Shown: positions 31,991 through 42,962, numbered from the stretch's first letter. The stretch is DNA of 64,000 nucleotides from an uncultured Verrucomicrobiae bacterium (GCA_963782115.1 CAWAIK010000001.1:256001-320000); one strand, 5' to 3'. Numbers and translations are program-made. The notes: generated by a model from the letters alone, not told the origin.

Positions 31991-32337
31991 GGCGTCTATC
32001 TTTCGAGGAGCGGCTTTACTCGGTTGAGGTGCCGGGTGTGGTTCAACGATCGGTGGGCGAGAAATTTTGGATTCCTGTGCCGTTTCGTAACCGATGGATG
32101 TCGTCCCGCTGAAAAGTCGAGGCCAGTTGTAACCTCTTATAATTAATTTATATGGTTACTCCTTAGGCCCGTCTGGGTAACATGTCAAATGATGGTTTTC
32201 AGGTTACGATCTCTCCTTGTCTTTTACCTCTGAAGAATTCCAGACCGCCCGCACGGAGGATTTTTGCCGGCAACATCACGCCATTGATTTTGCTACACCG
32301 CCCCACGCCTGTCGGGGTCAGCCGTTGGGTCAGCCGT

Positions 32338-32522
32338 GAATGGCGCGAAGTTAAGCAGGGTTTGGGATGGTTTCTTGCCTCGAAGTGGCGATAGATTTCA
32401 GGGTTTCCACCTTGATCATTATACACAATTTTGTCGGCGGGAAGCGGTCGCCCAGCGCCACTATCGCTGGAAAAGCATCGCTCGCCGGTGCGAACAAAAT
32501 ACAGGCTGGAAGCCTGTGCTAC
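32338..32522 (-). repeat. Dispersed REP-containing repeat, copy B
   Basis: Minus strand begins GTAGC-ACAGGCT-TCC-AGCCTGT and aligns with 34985-35148 along its length. Confidence 0.85.
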
Positions 32523-32739
32523 TTTACGCCGTCGCGTGGTTGCCGTGGGTTCGCGGAGATTGCGCCAGGATGTCCTCCAGAGATCGCTCGACACTCCGGA
32601 AAGCAATGTAGTATCAAAACTCCAGATCCCCTCCCTGCCGGCATATAGCAGGAAAGGAACTGAGATGAGACGGTTTTGCTCTTGTAGAAGAGGCTGAAGA
32701 AAGGTGCCTTTTTTGCCCGAATGTGGCAACAATTTCGGC

Positions 32740-33216
32740 ATGCCACAGGTACAATTGCCGATCTTTCCGGCAGGAGTCACGCACATCAATTCGGAGATCG
32801 CCTATGAGGAGCGGGATGGAAAGGTGTACTACTTTAATGGCCATCTGCCGGTGTTTGTCCATGAGAAGAGTGCTCTGGCGACTTTCCGGCTTTTTAGTAC
32901 CCAATTAGTCATCAATGGCAATGCGACTCAAGCGGAGATATCTCGTGCGTTCGGGGTGCCGCTGGTCACCGTCAAACGCTATGTGAAGCTCTACCGGGAG
33001 CATGGGGCAGCGGCCTTTTTTGCCCCTGCCAAGAAGCGCTCGGGCAGCAAATTGACTGCGGAAGTTTGCCAACAGGTTCAAGGGTTATTGGACCAGGGAC
33101 TGACGGTGCCTGAAGTGGGTCGGGAGGTGGGGATTTTGTCCAATACCTTGCACAAGGCGATCCGTGCGGGTCGTCTGCGGGCCGGAAAAAAAAAGATTTA
33201 TCCAACGATGCGATAG
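32740..33216 (+). CDS. IS OrfA, helix-turn-helix protein
   Basis: QAEISRAFGVPLVTVKRYVK HTH plus a second HTH; ends just past an A9G run at 33186-33195. Confidence 0.8.
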   Translation: MPQVQLPIFPAGVTHINSEIAYEERDGKVYYFNGHLPVFVHEKSALATFRLFSTQLVINGNATQAEISRAFGVPLVTVKRYVKLYREHGAAAFFAPAKKRSGSKLTAEVCQQVQGLLDQGLTVPEVGREVGILSNTLHKAIRAGRLRAGKKKIYPTMR

Positions 33217-34958
33217 CGAGCACCAAGAGCGAGCGCAGTCTAGCAGACATTCAAGCCCCGTTGGGTCGAGCAACAACGCGCAGCCTGGAACGGGTGGCGG
33301 CCAGCGTCGGCATGCTCCATGGGGCTCCCATTGAGTTTGAACTGGTTAAAGATGTTCCCGATGGAGGCGTGCTGTTTGCTCTGCCGGCGCTGTTGTTACT
33401 TGGACTCTTGAGCAAGAGCCGGGAGATGTTTTCGATGTTGGAGGGCTTCTATCCGCTGGAGAGCATCTTTCTACTTCTGGCGCTCATAGCCCTAGCGCGT
33501 ATTCCTTCGCTGGAAGCGTTGCGCTATGTGGCGCCGGGAGAATGGGGCAAGCTCATGGGGCTGGATCGCATTCCCGAAGTGCGCACCCTGCGGCAAAAGA
33601 TCACCCAACTCTGCTCTGAGCAGGGTCTGGCTGAGCGCTGGAGCAACGCTCTGGCCAAGCAATGGATGGCGCAGGAACCGGAGTGCGCCGGGGTTTTTTA
33701 CGCCGATGGTCATGTGCGGGTTTATCATGGAAAACTCACCGATCTGCCTCGGCGTTATATTGCCCGAGAACGGCTCTGTTTGCGCGGCACGACCGACTAC
33801 TGGGTTAATGCCATGGACGGCCGACCTTTCTTTGTGGTCAGCTGCGCCGTCGATCCCGGTTTACTCAGTGTGTTACGCGATCAGATTGTACCACGGCTCA
33901 AAGCCGATGTGCCAAACCAGCCCACTCTAGAGCAACTGGAAGCCGACCCACTCTTAAGCCGCTTTACGATCGTCTTCGACCGCGAAGGCTACTCGCCACG
34001 CTTCTTCGCCCAGATGAAAGAGGAGCGCATCGCGATCCTGACCTATCACAAGTTCCCTGGAGAGCTTTGGCCGGAGCAGGAATTTCGGACCCACAAGGTC
34101 AGCCTCGTCAATGGGGAGCAAGTCAGTCTGGAACTGGCCGAACGCGGTGTACGACTCTCCAATGATCTATGGGTGCGCGAGGTCCGGCACCTCTCGGAAA
34201 AAGGACACCAGAGCTCGATTTTAAGCACCGATTACCGCTCTGATTTGACCCGGGTAGCCGTGGCCATGTTTGCTAGATGGTGCCAGGAAATCTTTTTCAA
34301 ATATATGCGTCAACACTACAATCTGGATCGATTAATCGAGTACCAAACTGAATCCATTCCTGATACAACCCGGGTCATCAACCCGGCCTGGCGCCAACTC
34401 GACAGCCAGATCCGCCGCCAAAACGGATTACTTAACCGTGAACTACTCCAATTCGCAGAAATCCAGTTGCCCCAAGAAATGGAGTCCCAACAAGTCGAAG
34501 CCTATCAGCAAAAGAAGGGTCAACTGCAGCAGGCCATTGAAGAACGCCGCCCCCAAATCGAGCAACTTAAAGCTCAACGCAAAGCGCTTCCCAAACACAT
34601 CGAGATCAAAGATCTCCCTGAGCAGGATCGCTTCCGTCGGCTGCGTTCAGAGAAAAAACACTTCATCGACACGATCAAGCTCATCGCTTATCGGGCTGAA
34701 ACAGCCCTCGCCCAGCTTGCCCGCGAGAAGCTCAAACGCCTCGATGATGCCCGCTCACTGATTCGACAACTCTTCCGCACCGAAGTCGACCTCGTTCCCG
34801 ACCAGCAAAATAAAACTCTGACCGTGCGTTTGCACCCAATGAGCACCCAAGCACATGACGAAATCCTCCGCCACATCTGCGCAGAAATAACAGCTACAGA
34901 AACTGTTTTTCCAGGCACCGATCTGCGCCTCGTTTACGAAATCTCCGGCTCATCCTAA
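33192..34958 (+). CDS. IS OrfB, DDE-type transposase (probably fused to OrfA by frameshift)
   Basis: YADGH, VFDREG and RWCQE catalytic-like motifs; -1 frame is open from the A-run. Confidence 0.85.
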   Translation, partial: KDLSNDAIASTKSERSLADIQAPLGRATTRSLERVAASVGMLHGAPIEFELVKDVPDGGVLFALPALLLLGLLSKSREMFSMLEGFYPLESIFLLLALIALARIPSLEALRYVAPGEWGKLMGLDRIPEVRTLRQKITQLCSEQGLAERWSNALAKQWMAQEPECAGVFYADGHVRVYHGKLTDLPRRYIARERLCLRGTTDYWVNAMDGRPFFVVSCAVDPGLLSVLRDQIVPRLKADVPNQPTLEQLEADPLLSRFTIVFDREGYSPRFFAQMKEERIAILTYHKFPGELWPEQEFRTHKVSLVNGEQVSLELAERGVRLSNDLWVREVRHLSEKGHQSSILSTDYRSDLTRVAVAMFARWCQEIFFKYMRQHYNLDRLIEYQTESIPDTTRVINPAWRQLDSQIRRQNGLLNRELLQFAEIQLPQEMESQQVEAYQQKKGQLQQAIEERRPQIEQLKAQRKALPKHIEIKDLPEQDRFRRLRSEKKHFIDTIKLIAYRAETALAQLAREKLKRLDDARSLIRQLFRTEVDLVPDQQNKTLTVRLHPMSTQAHDEILRHICAEITATETVFPGTDLRLVYEISGSS

Positions 34959-34981
34959 TTCAAGGGGATCTGGCGGTCTGA

Positions 34982-35148
34982 GTATAGGCTTCCAGCCTGT
35001 ATTGTTCGCACCATCAAGCGATGCTTTCCAGGTATCCTCCGTTTCTCCGATTTGTGTACAAAGATCCGGGTTGAAACCCCGGGCTGAGTCCTCTCGACCC
35101 CTTCGGGGTGAAGAACCATCCCAAATCGCCCTTATCTTCGCGCCATTC
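34982..35148 (+). repeat. Dispersed REP-containing repeat, copy C (interrupted by the IS)
   Basis: gtataggcttccagcctgtattgttcgcacc...gggttgaaaccccgggctgagtcct...ccatcccaaa...ttcgcgccattc. Confidence 0.85.
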
Positions 35149-35373
35149 GGGTCAGCCGTTGACTTATGACATTCTTTGGCAGCCGCACCGCATCGTTGCG
35201 GATCTGAGTGATCACCGATTTTTACTACGAATGATCCACTTCGCTCAGTTTGGGCGCTAATCACCTGAAGCCGCCGCTAATCACACAAAGCTGCCGAATG
35301 GTGAGGCGCGAAGTATGAGTTGGGTAGGGCTAGAACCTCCAGAACCAACTTATCAATGCCTGTGGTGAAAGAG

Positions 35374-37608
35374 CTACGCCATGATTCTATCGACCTGTCG
35401 ATTATGGAATCGGTGGTTGGCGATCGCTTCGATAAAATCGGCGGCGAGTCTATCAACGCCGTCAGCCAACAGAACGCCCTGTTCCGCGGCGTCGGCGTCG
35501 GTTAGTAACTCACCGGTCTTCGTTTCCTTGACCAGCTCGGCTCCTTCACCGCTAGCAGCGATAGCCTTGCCGTGCTTGTAGGCCTCATCGATGAAGCGCA
35601 GGGCGTCGGGCACCTCTTTCAGCATCCCGATGCTTTCTCCTCCTCCCGGGACGTACACAGCATCAAAGATTACGGAACTGCTGTTGGCAAAGGTCTTGAT
35701 GACTTCAGTGACCCCGCCATCCCCCTCGATCTCTCCGATATGCGGGCCGATGATTTCGCTCGAAACGTTCTTTGCCATGAGCGCACTCTGCATCGTCTCG
35801 ACCTCATTGATAGCGACGCCGGCGGCCACGAGAATGGCGACTTTGCGGCCCTTCGCCAGCTTGGGTTGATCCACCTCCATGCTCAGCCCTTTCGTCTTGA
35901 GGAGGCCGCCCGAAGCAGTGGTCGGCGTGCTGGCCTGTTCGAGGAGTTTCAGCTCATCGGGGGTGTCGGAGGTTCCCTTCGAGGTCTTGGATTTCGATCT
36001 GGGCGGCGTGGCGCCAGCCTTTTCGCCGATACCCTTCGCCACTTGCGCGGCCAGCACATTGTTGATCTTTTCAAGATGTTCGAGGATGCGCTGGCGCACC
36101 TTGCGCGTCTCGACCTTGCTCAATTCAAACTGAAGCGCCTTGATGATGTGGTGCTTCTCCACCGGGGTCTGACTGTTCCAAAAAAGACTCGCCTGGCCGT
36201 AGTGGTCCTCGAAACTTGGGCTGCGCTCCCGGATTTTTGGCCCGCTGATCCTTTGCGTATAACTGGAGAAACCCGGCTTTGGCCCTACTTCCTCCAGCGT
36301 GTGGCCGTCGAGCGAGGAGGGCGCATAGGAGACGCGGCTCTTGTTGATCGTGACGCGCAGGTGGGCATCGCGCTGGTTATTGGAGAACGGACAAACTGGG
36401 CGATTGATGGGAATCTCGTGGAAATTCGGACTGCCGAGCCGGCTGAGCTGGGTGTCATTGTAAGAGAAGTTTCGTCCCTGCAGGAGCGGATCATTGCAGA
36501 AATCGATGCCGGGGACCACGTTGGAAGTCATGAATGCGACCTGCTCCGTCTCCGCGAAGTAATTGTCCGGGTTGCGATTCAGCACCATCTTGCCCACCCG
36601 TCGCACGGGGATGAGATCCTCAGGAATGATTTTGGTGGCGTCGAGAATGTCGAAATCGAACTTCATTTCCTCCTCCTCCGGCAGGATCTGAAGGCCGAGC
36701 TCCCATTCGAAGAAGTCGCCCTTCTCGAGGGAATCGAACATGTCCCGGCGATGGAAGTCGGGGTCTTGTCCCGCCAGCTTCACCGCTTCATCCCAGACCA
36801 GGGAATGAACGCCAAGGATCGGTTTCCAGTGGAACTTCACAAAGTGCGATTGGCCTTTCGCGTTGACGAGTCGGTAGGTGTGCACGCCGAAACCCTCCAT
36901 CATGGAAAAAGAGCGCGGAATAGCGCGATCGCTCATGATCCACATGAGCATGTGCATCGATTCCGGCGTAAGGGACATGAAATCATAGAAGGTATCGTGA
37001 GCGGAGGAAGCCTGCGGGATTTCATTATTCGGCTCCGGCTTCACGGAATGAATCAGATCAGGGAATTTAATGGCATCCTGAATGAAGAAGACGGGGATGT
37101 TGTTGCCGACCAGGTCCCAATTGCCTTCCGGGGTGTACATCTTCACTGCGAAACCGCGCACATCGCGCGCCGTATCCGCCGAGCCGCGTGAACCGGCCAC
37201 GGTGGAAAAGCGAACGAAGACCGGCGTCTTAAGGCTCGGGTCAGTCAGGACTTTGGCGATGGTGTATTTCGCAAGCGAGTCGTCGTACACCTGGAAGACA
37301 CCGTGTGCCGCCGCACCGCGTGCGTGCACCACCCGTTCGGGAATCCGCTCGTGATCGAAGTGCTGGATCTTCTCGCGAAGAACCTGATCTTCCATCAGCG
37401 TCGGCCCGCGCTGGCCGGCACGCAACGAATTCTGATCCGTGCTGATCGGTTGACCCTGATTCGTGGTCATCGGATCCTTATCCTCGGTGGTGACCGTTGC
37501 AAGATCCCTCTCTTTTATGGTGGAGTTTGCAGAGGGAGGGTTGGGCAGCGTTTTATTCTGTGCGATAGAAGGTTCTTTGGAAAGATTTTTAGCTTTGTCG
37601 GATTTCAT
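35374..37608 (-). CDS. katE: Catalase HPII (large-subunit monofunctional catalase)
   Basis: [33 protein letters not shown]-terminal DJ-1-like domain. Confidence 0.96.
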   Translation of the reverse strand: MKSDKAKNLSKEPSIAQNKTLPNPPSANSTIKERDLATVTTEDKDPMTTNQGQPISTDQNSLRAGQRGPTLMEDQVLREKIQHFDHERIPERVVHARGAAAHGVFQVYDDSLAKYTIAKVLTDPSLKTPVFVRFSTVAGSRGSADTARDVRGFAVKMYTPEGNWDLVGNNIPVFFIQDAIKFPDLIHSVKPEPNNEIPQASSAHDTFYDFMSLTPESMHMLMWIMSDRAIPRSFSMMEGFGVHTYRLVNAKGQSHFVKFHWKPILGVHSLVWDEAVKLAGQDPDFHRRDMFDSLEKGDFFEWELGLQILPEEEEMKFDFDILDATKIIPEDLIPVRRVGKMVLNRNPDNYFAETEQVAFMTSNVVPGIDFCNDPLLQGRNFSYNDTQLSRLGSPNFHEIPINRPVCPFSNNQRDAHLRVTINKSRVSYAPSSLDGHTLEEVGPKPGFSSYTQRISGPKIRERSPSFEDHYGQASLFWNSQTPVEKHHIIKALQFELSKVETRKVRQRILEHLEKINNVLAAQVAKGIGEKAGATPPRSKSKTSKGTSDTPDELKLLEQASTPTTASGGLLKTKGLSMEVDQPKLAKGRKVAILVAAGVAINEVETMQSALMAKNVSSEIIGPHIGEIEGDGGVTEVIKTFANSSSVIFDAVYVPGGGESIGMLKEVPDALRFIDEAYKHGKAIAASGEGAELVKETKTGELLTDADAAEQGVLLADGVDRLAADFIEAIANHRFHNRQVDRIMA

Positions 37609-37769
37609 AAGATTAATTGGGCTTTAATTTGGAAGATAGGGAATCTTCCGTCCCCGACCCATGTGTGAGCGCAGTCACGCAGATCCTCAAGCCGGTCTCT
37701 GGCTATTCGCACGTAAGGCTTCGGCCGGACTTGAGAAGATGAAGGTGCTGTCCCCGACCGTAAATTTCC

Positions 37770-40283
37770 TTATCTCCCGGTTCGGCCGGCAGCCGCTGCG
37801 ACCATAGTGATCAACTCGACCGGTTCGACCGGTTTGGCGATGTGCATCTGAAAGCCCGCGGCGATGGCTTTAACGCGATCGTCGACACGGGCGTAAGCAG
37901 TCAAAGCGATAGCCGGAATGGCTCCGCCGCTGGCTGCGCCAAGTGACCGTATACGTTTGATCAGCGAATACCCATCTTCGCCGGGCATGCCGATGTCGCA
38001 CACCAGAACGTCGAACCTGCGACCTTGGAGCAGCTCAACTGCTTCTTTGGCCGACTCGGCAGCTGTTACGACTGCCTGGCAACCTTCGAGTAGACGTTGA
38101 ACCAACGAGCGAGCATCCGTTTCGTCATCGACCACGAGTACGCGTACGCCTTTAATATCAACACCAACATCCGCTGTGCCGATGCGTTTTAGTGCTAAAC
38201 GCGGGTGACGGCGCTCGGTCTCCGGTTCACGATAGCCATGCAAAACCGTAAACGGCAAGTCGATGATGAAAGTTGATCCACGTCCGGGCCCGTCGCTCTT
38301 GACGCGAACCGATCCGCCATGAAGTTCGACCAATTGTTTCACAATCGAAAGGCCGAGTCCAAGGCCGCCGTGGCGCCGGGTAGTGGAAGCGTCGGCCTGC
38401 CGAAAGCGGTCAAAGACGAAGGGCAGAAAATCCACCTTGATGCCCTCGCCGGTGTCAATCACGCTAATTTCAAGACGGGAGTTAACGCGTTCGACCAGCA
38501 CCTGCACGCGTCCGCCCTTTGGCGTGAACTTCACCGCATTGGAAAGCAGGTTCCACAGCACCTGGTTTAGCCGATTAAAGTCACCGCTCACTACAATGCC
38601 ATCCAGCGGATCAATAATTGTCTGCAGTCGAACCCCTTTAGCTTCAGCCGTCGGCCGGGCAGTCTCCACCGCCGACTGAACGATGGCCGAAAGATCGAGT
38701 CGCTGCACGTTAAGGCGCACCCGACCCGAAATGATGCGGCTCATGTCCAGAAGGTCTTCGATGATCTCCGACTGCGCGCGAGCATTGCGTTCGATGACTT
38801 CCAACCCCTGAGCAATAACTACCGTATTGGTGTGGTCTTGTTTCATGATATGCGACCAACCAAGGATGCCGTTGAGAGGCGTCCTAAGTTCGTGGGACAG
38901 AGTAGCCAGAAATTCATCCTTGAGAAGGCTCGCACGCTCTGCAGCCGATCGGGCAGCACGCTCGGCTTGGAGCAGATCGTCTCGCTGTGATTCCGCCCGC
39001 TTCAGATCAGTGATGTCGGTTCCAGTCGGAGCGATGAACACGGTGCGGCCCATCTCATCCTTTATGGGAAGAAGAACTAAGCTCACCATTCTTTGACCGC
39101 CATCCGCGACGAAGTAGGGAATCTCCGCCCGAAAGGCTTCGCCGGCGGCTGTGCGGGCAACTGCTAACTTGATCTGCTGCGCCAGTGCCGCCGACGGGCA
39201 CCACCAGGGACACTCCCAGAACGGCTTTCCGACCACCTGCTCCTTTGTGTACCCACATGATTCCAAGGAGAGGCGGTTTGCCTCGATGATGGTGCCGTCC
39301 AGAGCCATGATGCCCGCAAAGAGTGGCCCCTGTTCAAAGAACGCCCGGAACTTGGCGTTGGCCGCCTCGGCTTTCTCCATCGCCATTTTAAGGGCCACCT
39401 CCGAATTTTTGCGCTCAGTGATGTTTCGAGCCACCTTGGACGCGCCGACCACATGGTCCAGGGAATCCTTGATCGGAGAAACCGTGATCGAGACGTTGAG
39501 CTGCCGCCCGTCTTTAGCGAGACGAATGGTTTCAAAATGACCGAAGCGTTCGCCGCGCCGGATCCGGGAGAGGATCTCCCGTTCCTCATCCCGGCGATCC
39601 GGTGGAATCAATCGCATGATCGACGCGCCGATCATTTCGTCGGCGGTGTACCCGAAGATCTGCTCCGCTCCGAAATTCCAACTGGTGACGATACCGTTCA
39701 AATCCTTTCCGATGATCGCGTCGTCGGACGAGGCGACGATGGCCGCCAGGCGGCGAGAAGTGATTTCGGCCAAATGATGCTCGGTCACGTCGCGGTAGCG
39801 CCAAACGCGGCCTGCGCTTTGTCCTTCAATGGTCAGGACCTTGGAATAACGCTCCAAAATTCGGCCGTCCTTCAACTCCAGCACGTCGAAGCTCTCTTGC
39901 GTGCTGGCGACGATTTCTTCAATCCGAGCGATAAACTGTTGCGGCTTGGCGAAGTTTTGGCTCATAAGTTTCCGCACCTCGGATAGCATCCCGACCTCCA
40001 GGACCTTCTGCGGAACCCCCCACATGGCGAGATACTTTTCGTTAAAGTCCGCGACCTTCTCTTTCTCGTCGACGACCAGGATTGCATCCGTGGTCGATTC
40101 CAGCGTCGCTCGCATCACCATGAGCGCCTGGGAGAGTTCTCTGGTGCGTTGTTCGAGGACTTCGTTCGCTCGACGAATCTCTTGCTCGGCATGCTGCCGG
40201 ATTTGCAGGACGGTGGCCGCCGTCTCCAGGAGGGTAGCCCGGAGCCGTTTTGTTTCCTCCTCAGGTTGGCCGCTATCTGCCAT
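37770..40283 (-). CDS. Multi-PAS hybrid sensor histidine kinase
   Basis: Three PAS domains; FLATLSHELRTPL; NAVKFTP; GGLGLGL; receiver VLVVDDE...DIGMPGEDG. Confidence 0.93.
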   Translation of the reverse strand: MADSGQPEEETKRLRATLLETAATVLQIRQHAEQEIRRANEVLEQRTRELSQALMVMRATLESTTDAILVVDEKEKVADFNEKYLAMWGVPQKVLEVGMLSEVRKLMSQNFAKPQQFIARIEEIVASTQESFDVLELKDGRILERYSKVLTIEGQSAGRVWRYRDVTEHHLAEITSRRLAAIVASSDDAIIGKDLNGIVTSWNFGAEQIFGYTADEMIGASIMRLIPPDRRDEEREILSRIRRGERFGHFETIRLAKDGRQLNVSITVSPIKDSLDHVVGASKVARNITERKNSEVALKMAMEKAEAANAKFRAFFEQGPLFAGIMALDGTIIEANRLSLESCGYTKEQVVGKPFWECPWWCPSAALAQQIKLAVARTAAGEAFRAEIPYFVADGGQRMVSLVLLPIKDEMGRTVFIAPTGTDITDLKRAESQRDDLLQAERAARSAAERASLLKDEFLATLSHELRTPLNGILGWSHIMKQDHTNTVVIAQGLEVIERNARAQSEIIEDLLDMSRIISGRVRLNVQRLDLSAIVQSAVETARPTAEAKGVRLQTIIDPLDGIVVSGDFNRLNQVLWNLLSNAVKFTPKGGRVQVLVERVNSRLEISVIDTGEGIKVDFLPFVFDRFRQADASTTRRHGGLGLGLSIVKQLVELHGGSVRVKSDGPGRGSTFIIDLPFTVLHGYREPETERRHPRLALKRIGTADVGVDIKGVRVLVVDDETDARSLVQRLLEGCQAVVTAAESAKEAVELLQGRRFDVLVCDIGMPGEDGYSLIKRIRSLGAASGGAIPAIALTAYARVDDRVKAIAAGFQMHIAKPVEPVELITMVAAAAGRTGR

Positions 40284-41334
40284 TGATCATTTCTTCAGCC
40301 AGCGCCGTTCCTTCCACACGCGCCCGAATCTTGGCAAACGCCTTTTCCCGCGTGGTCGAAGTGTCGTCGCAGAATGGTGAAAAACCGCAGTCATCTGTGG
40401 TTCCCAGTTGTTCCACTGGTATATATCGCGCCGCCTCCAGGATGCGGTCGCGGATTTCTTTAGGATGTTCGACCCGCGGATCGATGGGCGAAACTACTCC
40501 GATGAATATCTGGTGCCCGGGTTTGAGATATTGTCGGATGATCTTCAGCACTCGCGTGCGATCCGGTTCCCCAGCCAGCGCGATATAAAAGTTTCCCGCC
40601 CGGAGCTCAAAAAGGCCCGGCAGAAGTTCGGCGTAATCCACCTGCGCGCTGTGGGTCGAATCCCTGTCCGAACCCGGGCAGGTATGAACTCCGATCCGCT
40701 TGCGTTCCGCCTCGGAGAAACGACTGAGGGCGAGATTGTTGAGCTCAATGAAGCTGTTGAGCAGCGATCCGGACGGATCGATCTTGACCGCCAGACGCCC
40801 CTCAGTGAAATCGACCTGGACCTTGTGCGCGCCCTTCGCAAGACACCCGCGGATCTCCTTTTCATGCTCGGCGAGCAAATCCCTGATGAATTCTTCCCGA
40901 GAGTAGTCAGGAAGGTTCTCCGCCGGGTACATGAGGCTTAGCGCCGAGGGAGAAATGACGGCCTGCTTAACCGGGACATGCGCGTACTTCAGTGCCCGCT
41001 CGAGAAAATCGTAGCCAAACATCAGAAACCGAAACGGCCCGGCTGTCAGCCGCGGCCACCTGCGAATGTGTCCAGCAGCGAACGGCAATTTGAACCCATC
41101 GGGCGCGGTATTTGGCAGCCCCTCGACGCAGTAAGTCGCGAAGTTGTGATACTTTCGTTGCTCCCCATCGGTGACCACCGGTGAGCCGGTAGCCTCAAAC
41201 TGCTCGATCGTCTCTCGGATCGCTTCCTCGTAAAAGGGCTCCAGAAGAGGATTCGCGCTGCCGTACCGACTGATCGCATCAAGCAATGCTAAAGGGCGAG
41301 GTATACTCCCGATCGGTTCCGTCGGAATAGTCAT
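40273..41334 (-). CDS. Cobalamin-independent methionine synthase II family protein (single catalytic barrel, MetE-like)
   Basis: IGSIPRP, VTDGEQ, VQVD, HTC and DCGF Zn ligands; only 353 aa. Confidence 0.85.
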   Translation of the reverse strand: MTIPTEPIGSIPRPLALLDAISRYGSANPLLEPFYEEAIRETIEQFEATGSPVVTDGEQRKYHNFATYCVEGLPNTAPDGFKLPFAAGHIRRWPRLTAGPFRFLMFGYDFLERALKYAHVPVKQAVISPSALSLMYPAENLPDYSREEFIRDLLAEHEKEIRGCLAKGAHKVQVDFTEGRLAVKIDPSGSLLNSFIELNNLALSRFSEAERKRIGVHTCPGSDRDSTHSAQVDYAELLPGLFELRAGNFYIALAGEPDRTRVLKIIRQYLKPGHQIFIGVVSPIDPRVEHPKEIRDRILEAARYIPVEQLGTTDDCGFSPFCDDTSTTREKAFAKIRARVEGTALAEEMINGR

Positions 41335-41414
41335 GGCTCAGTTTTCAACATATTGAGATCCAGTATGCCTGCCGTCAAGGAACACTCTGACGACGCTCCT
41401 GGTGTTGAATGCTG

Positions 41415-41951
41415 TTGATTTTCGCGGCAAAAGTGGAAAGAAACACAAAATTGCAGTCTCTGATCCGCGCTTGGCAAAAATCGTTCGTAGGTGCCAGGAT
41501 CTGCCCGGACAACGCCTTTTTGAGTATTCGGATTCGGATGGCAAGACCAGGGAGATTTGCTCCGATGATGTAAACGAATACCTGCAAACAATTAGTGGTC
41601 AGCCCTTTACGGCAAAGGATTTTCGGACGTGGGCTGGGACTGTCTTAGCGGCCATCGCCTTGCGCCAGATGGAAGAAGTAGACAGCAAAACTGCGGCCAA
41701 AAGAAATGTAGTGACAGCCGTCGAAGCCGTCGCGCGCATGTTGGGTAATACTGCGGCAATATGCCGGAAGTGTTATATCCATCCCACGGTGATAACCACC
41801 TATATGGATGGGAGTTTAGCTCGATTCACTTCGAATCAAGGCTGACACCGAAATCTCTGAACATTTGCACGATCTGAGACCGGAGGAAGCAGCGGTATTG
41901 GCCCTGCTCCGGGGAGAGCTGGATCGTCGCTCCGGGTTGGCAGGGGCTTAG
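41415..41951 (+). pseudogene. DNA topoisomerase IB, 5'-truncated and frameshifted
   Basis: FRGKSGK, CQDLPGQ.LF, FTAKDFRTWAGT, LGNT..ICRKCYIHP; N-terminal half absent; tail (LRPEEAAVLALL) lies in another frame after about 41840. Confidence 0.85.
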
Positions 41952-42086
41952 AAGACGCCCAGGAACGAAACCGTTGGCATCCAGTCGCAGTCTCGATGGT
42001 GGGCGATCTCGGTGCCGCAGATCAGCAAGACCTAAACAAAAACGCGACCACGCATTCCGCTGCGGGCGAATGGAGTCAAACCAATC

Positions 42087-42962
42087 ATGAATACCAAAGA
42101 TCCCAGGAAAATTTACGCGCACCCACCCTACTCGGACAAGGAGCAACCTCCTCCAGGGAGTGAAGAGGCAATGAGGCCCCAAGCCGACCACGGAGAGTCG
42201 AGCTACCAAGGTTGCGGTCGGCTCAAAGATCGTCACGCACTCGTTACCGGCGCCGACAGCGGCATCGGCCGCGCAGTTGCTCTGGCTTTCGCGCGAGAGG
42301 GAGCGGATGTCGCGATCTCCTATCTATCCGAAGAGGCGGACGCCCGGGAAACCGAACGTCTCGTTACCGAAGCGGGTCGTAAAGCCATCCTTCTCCCAGG
42401 CAACATTGGTCAACCTCCCGCATCCGGGGCTGTTGTCGAGAAAGCCATCGATGCATTGGGCACAATCGACATCCTGGTGAACAATGCCGCCTTCCAGCGG
42501 ACCCACGAAAAATTCGAGGACATTTCCAATAATGAATTTGAGGAAACGTATCGTGTAAACGTCTTCGCCATGTTCCGCCTTTGCAAGGCGATTCTCCCGC
42601 AGATGAAAGAGGGCGGATCCATTATCAACACAGGGTCGATCCAGTCCTTTGACCCGAGTCCGAGTCTCATCGCCTACGCCTCGACGAAGGCAGCCATCGT
42701 CAGCTTTACTCGATCACTTGCCAGCTTCGCGATCAAGCAAGGCGTCCGGGTCAACGCTGTAGCCCCGGGTCCCGTCTGGACTCCACTCATCCCGTCTACG
42801 ATGCCCAAGGAGAAGGTGAAACAATTCGGCTCACAGACTGTTTTCGGGCGTGCCGCCCAGCCCGCCGAGATAGCCCCCATCTTCGTCTTCCTCGCCAGCG
42901 ATCAAGCTAGCTACGTAACCGGGGAAGTTTATGGTGCCACCGGAGGCCAGATGCCGATGTGA
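42087..42962 (+). CDS. SDR family oxidoreductase (YghA/YhdF-like)
   Basis: ADHGE.SY.G.GRL, TGADSGIG, NNAAFQ, YASTK, VAPGPVWTPL. Confidence 0.92.
   Translation: MNTKDPRKIYAHPPYSDKEQPPPGSEEAMRPQADHGESSYQGCGRLKDRHALVTGADSGIGRAVALAFAREGADVAISYLSEEADARETERLVTEAGRKAILLPGNIGQPPASGAVVEKAIDALGTIDILVNNAAFQRTHEKFEDISNNEFEETYRVNVFAMFRLCKAILPQMKEGGSIINTGSIQSFDPSPSLIAYASTKAAIVSFTRSLASFAIKQGVRVNAVAPGPVWTPLIPSTMPKEKVKQFGSQTVFGRAAQPAEIAPIFVFLASDQASYVTGEVYGATGGQMPM

Larger units (their letters stand above)
32614..34981 (+). mobile_element. Insertion sequence (2368 bp), two ORFs joined by a -1 frameshift
   Basis: 19-bp imperfect terminal IRs (tcaaaactccagatcccct 32614-32632; aggggatctggcggtctga 34963-34981; 16/19); GTA direct repeat at 32611-32613 and 34982-34984. 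Confidence 0.88.

Noticed and set aside
32338..35148. Composite transposon bounded by 180-bp inverted repeats
   Set aside because: The true IS ends and target duplication are internal; the long repeats pre-date the insertion
35572..37191. 539-aa plus-strand ORF
   Set aside because: Antisense shadow of katE; no motifs of its own
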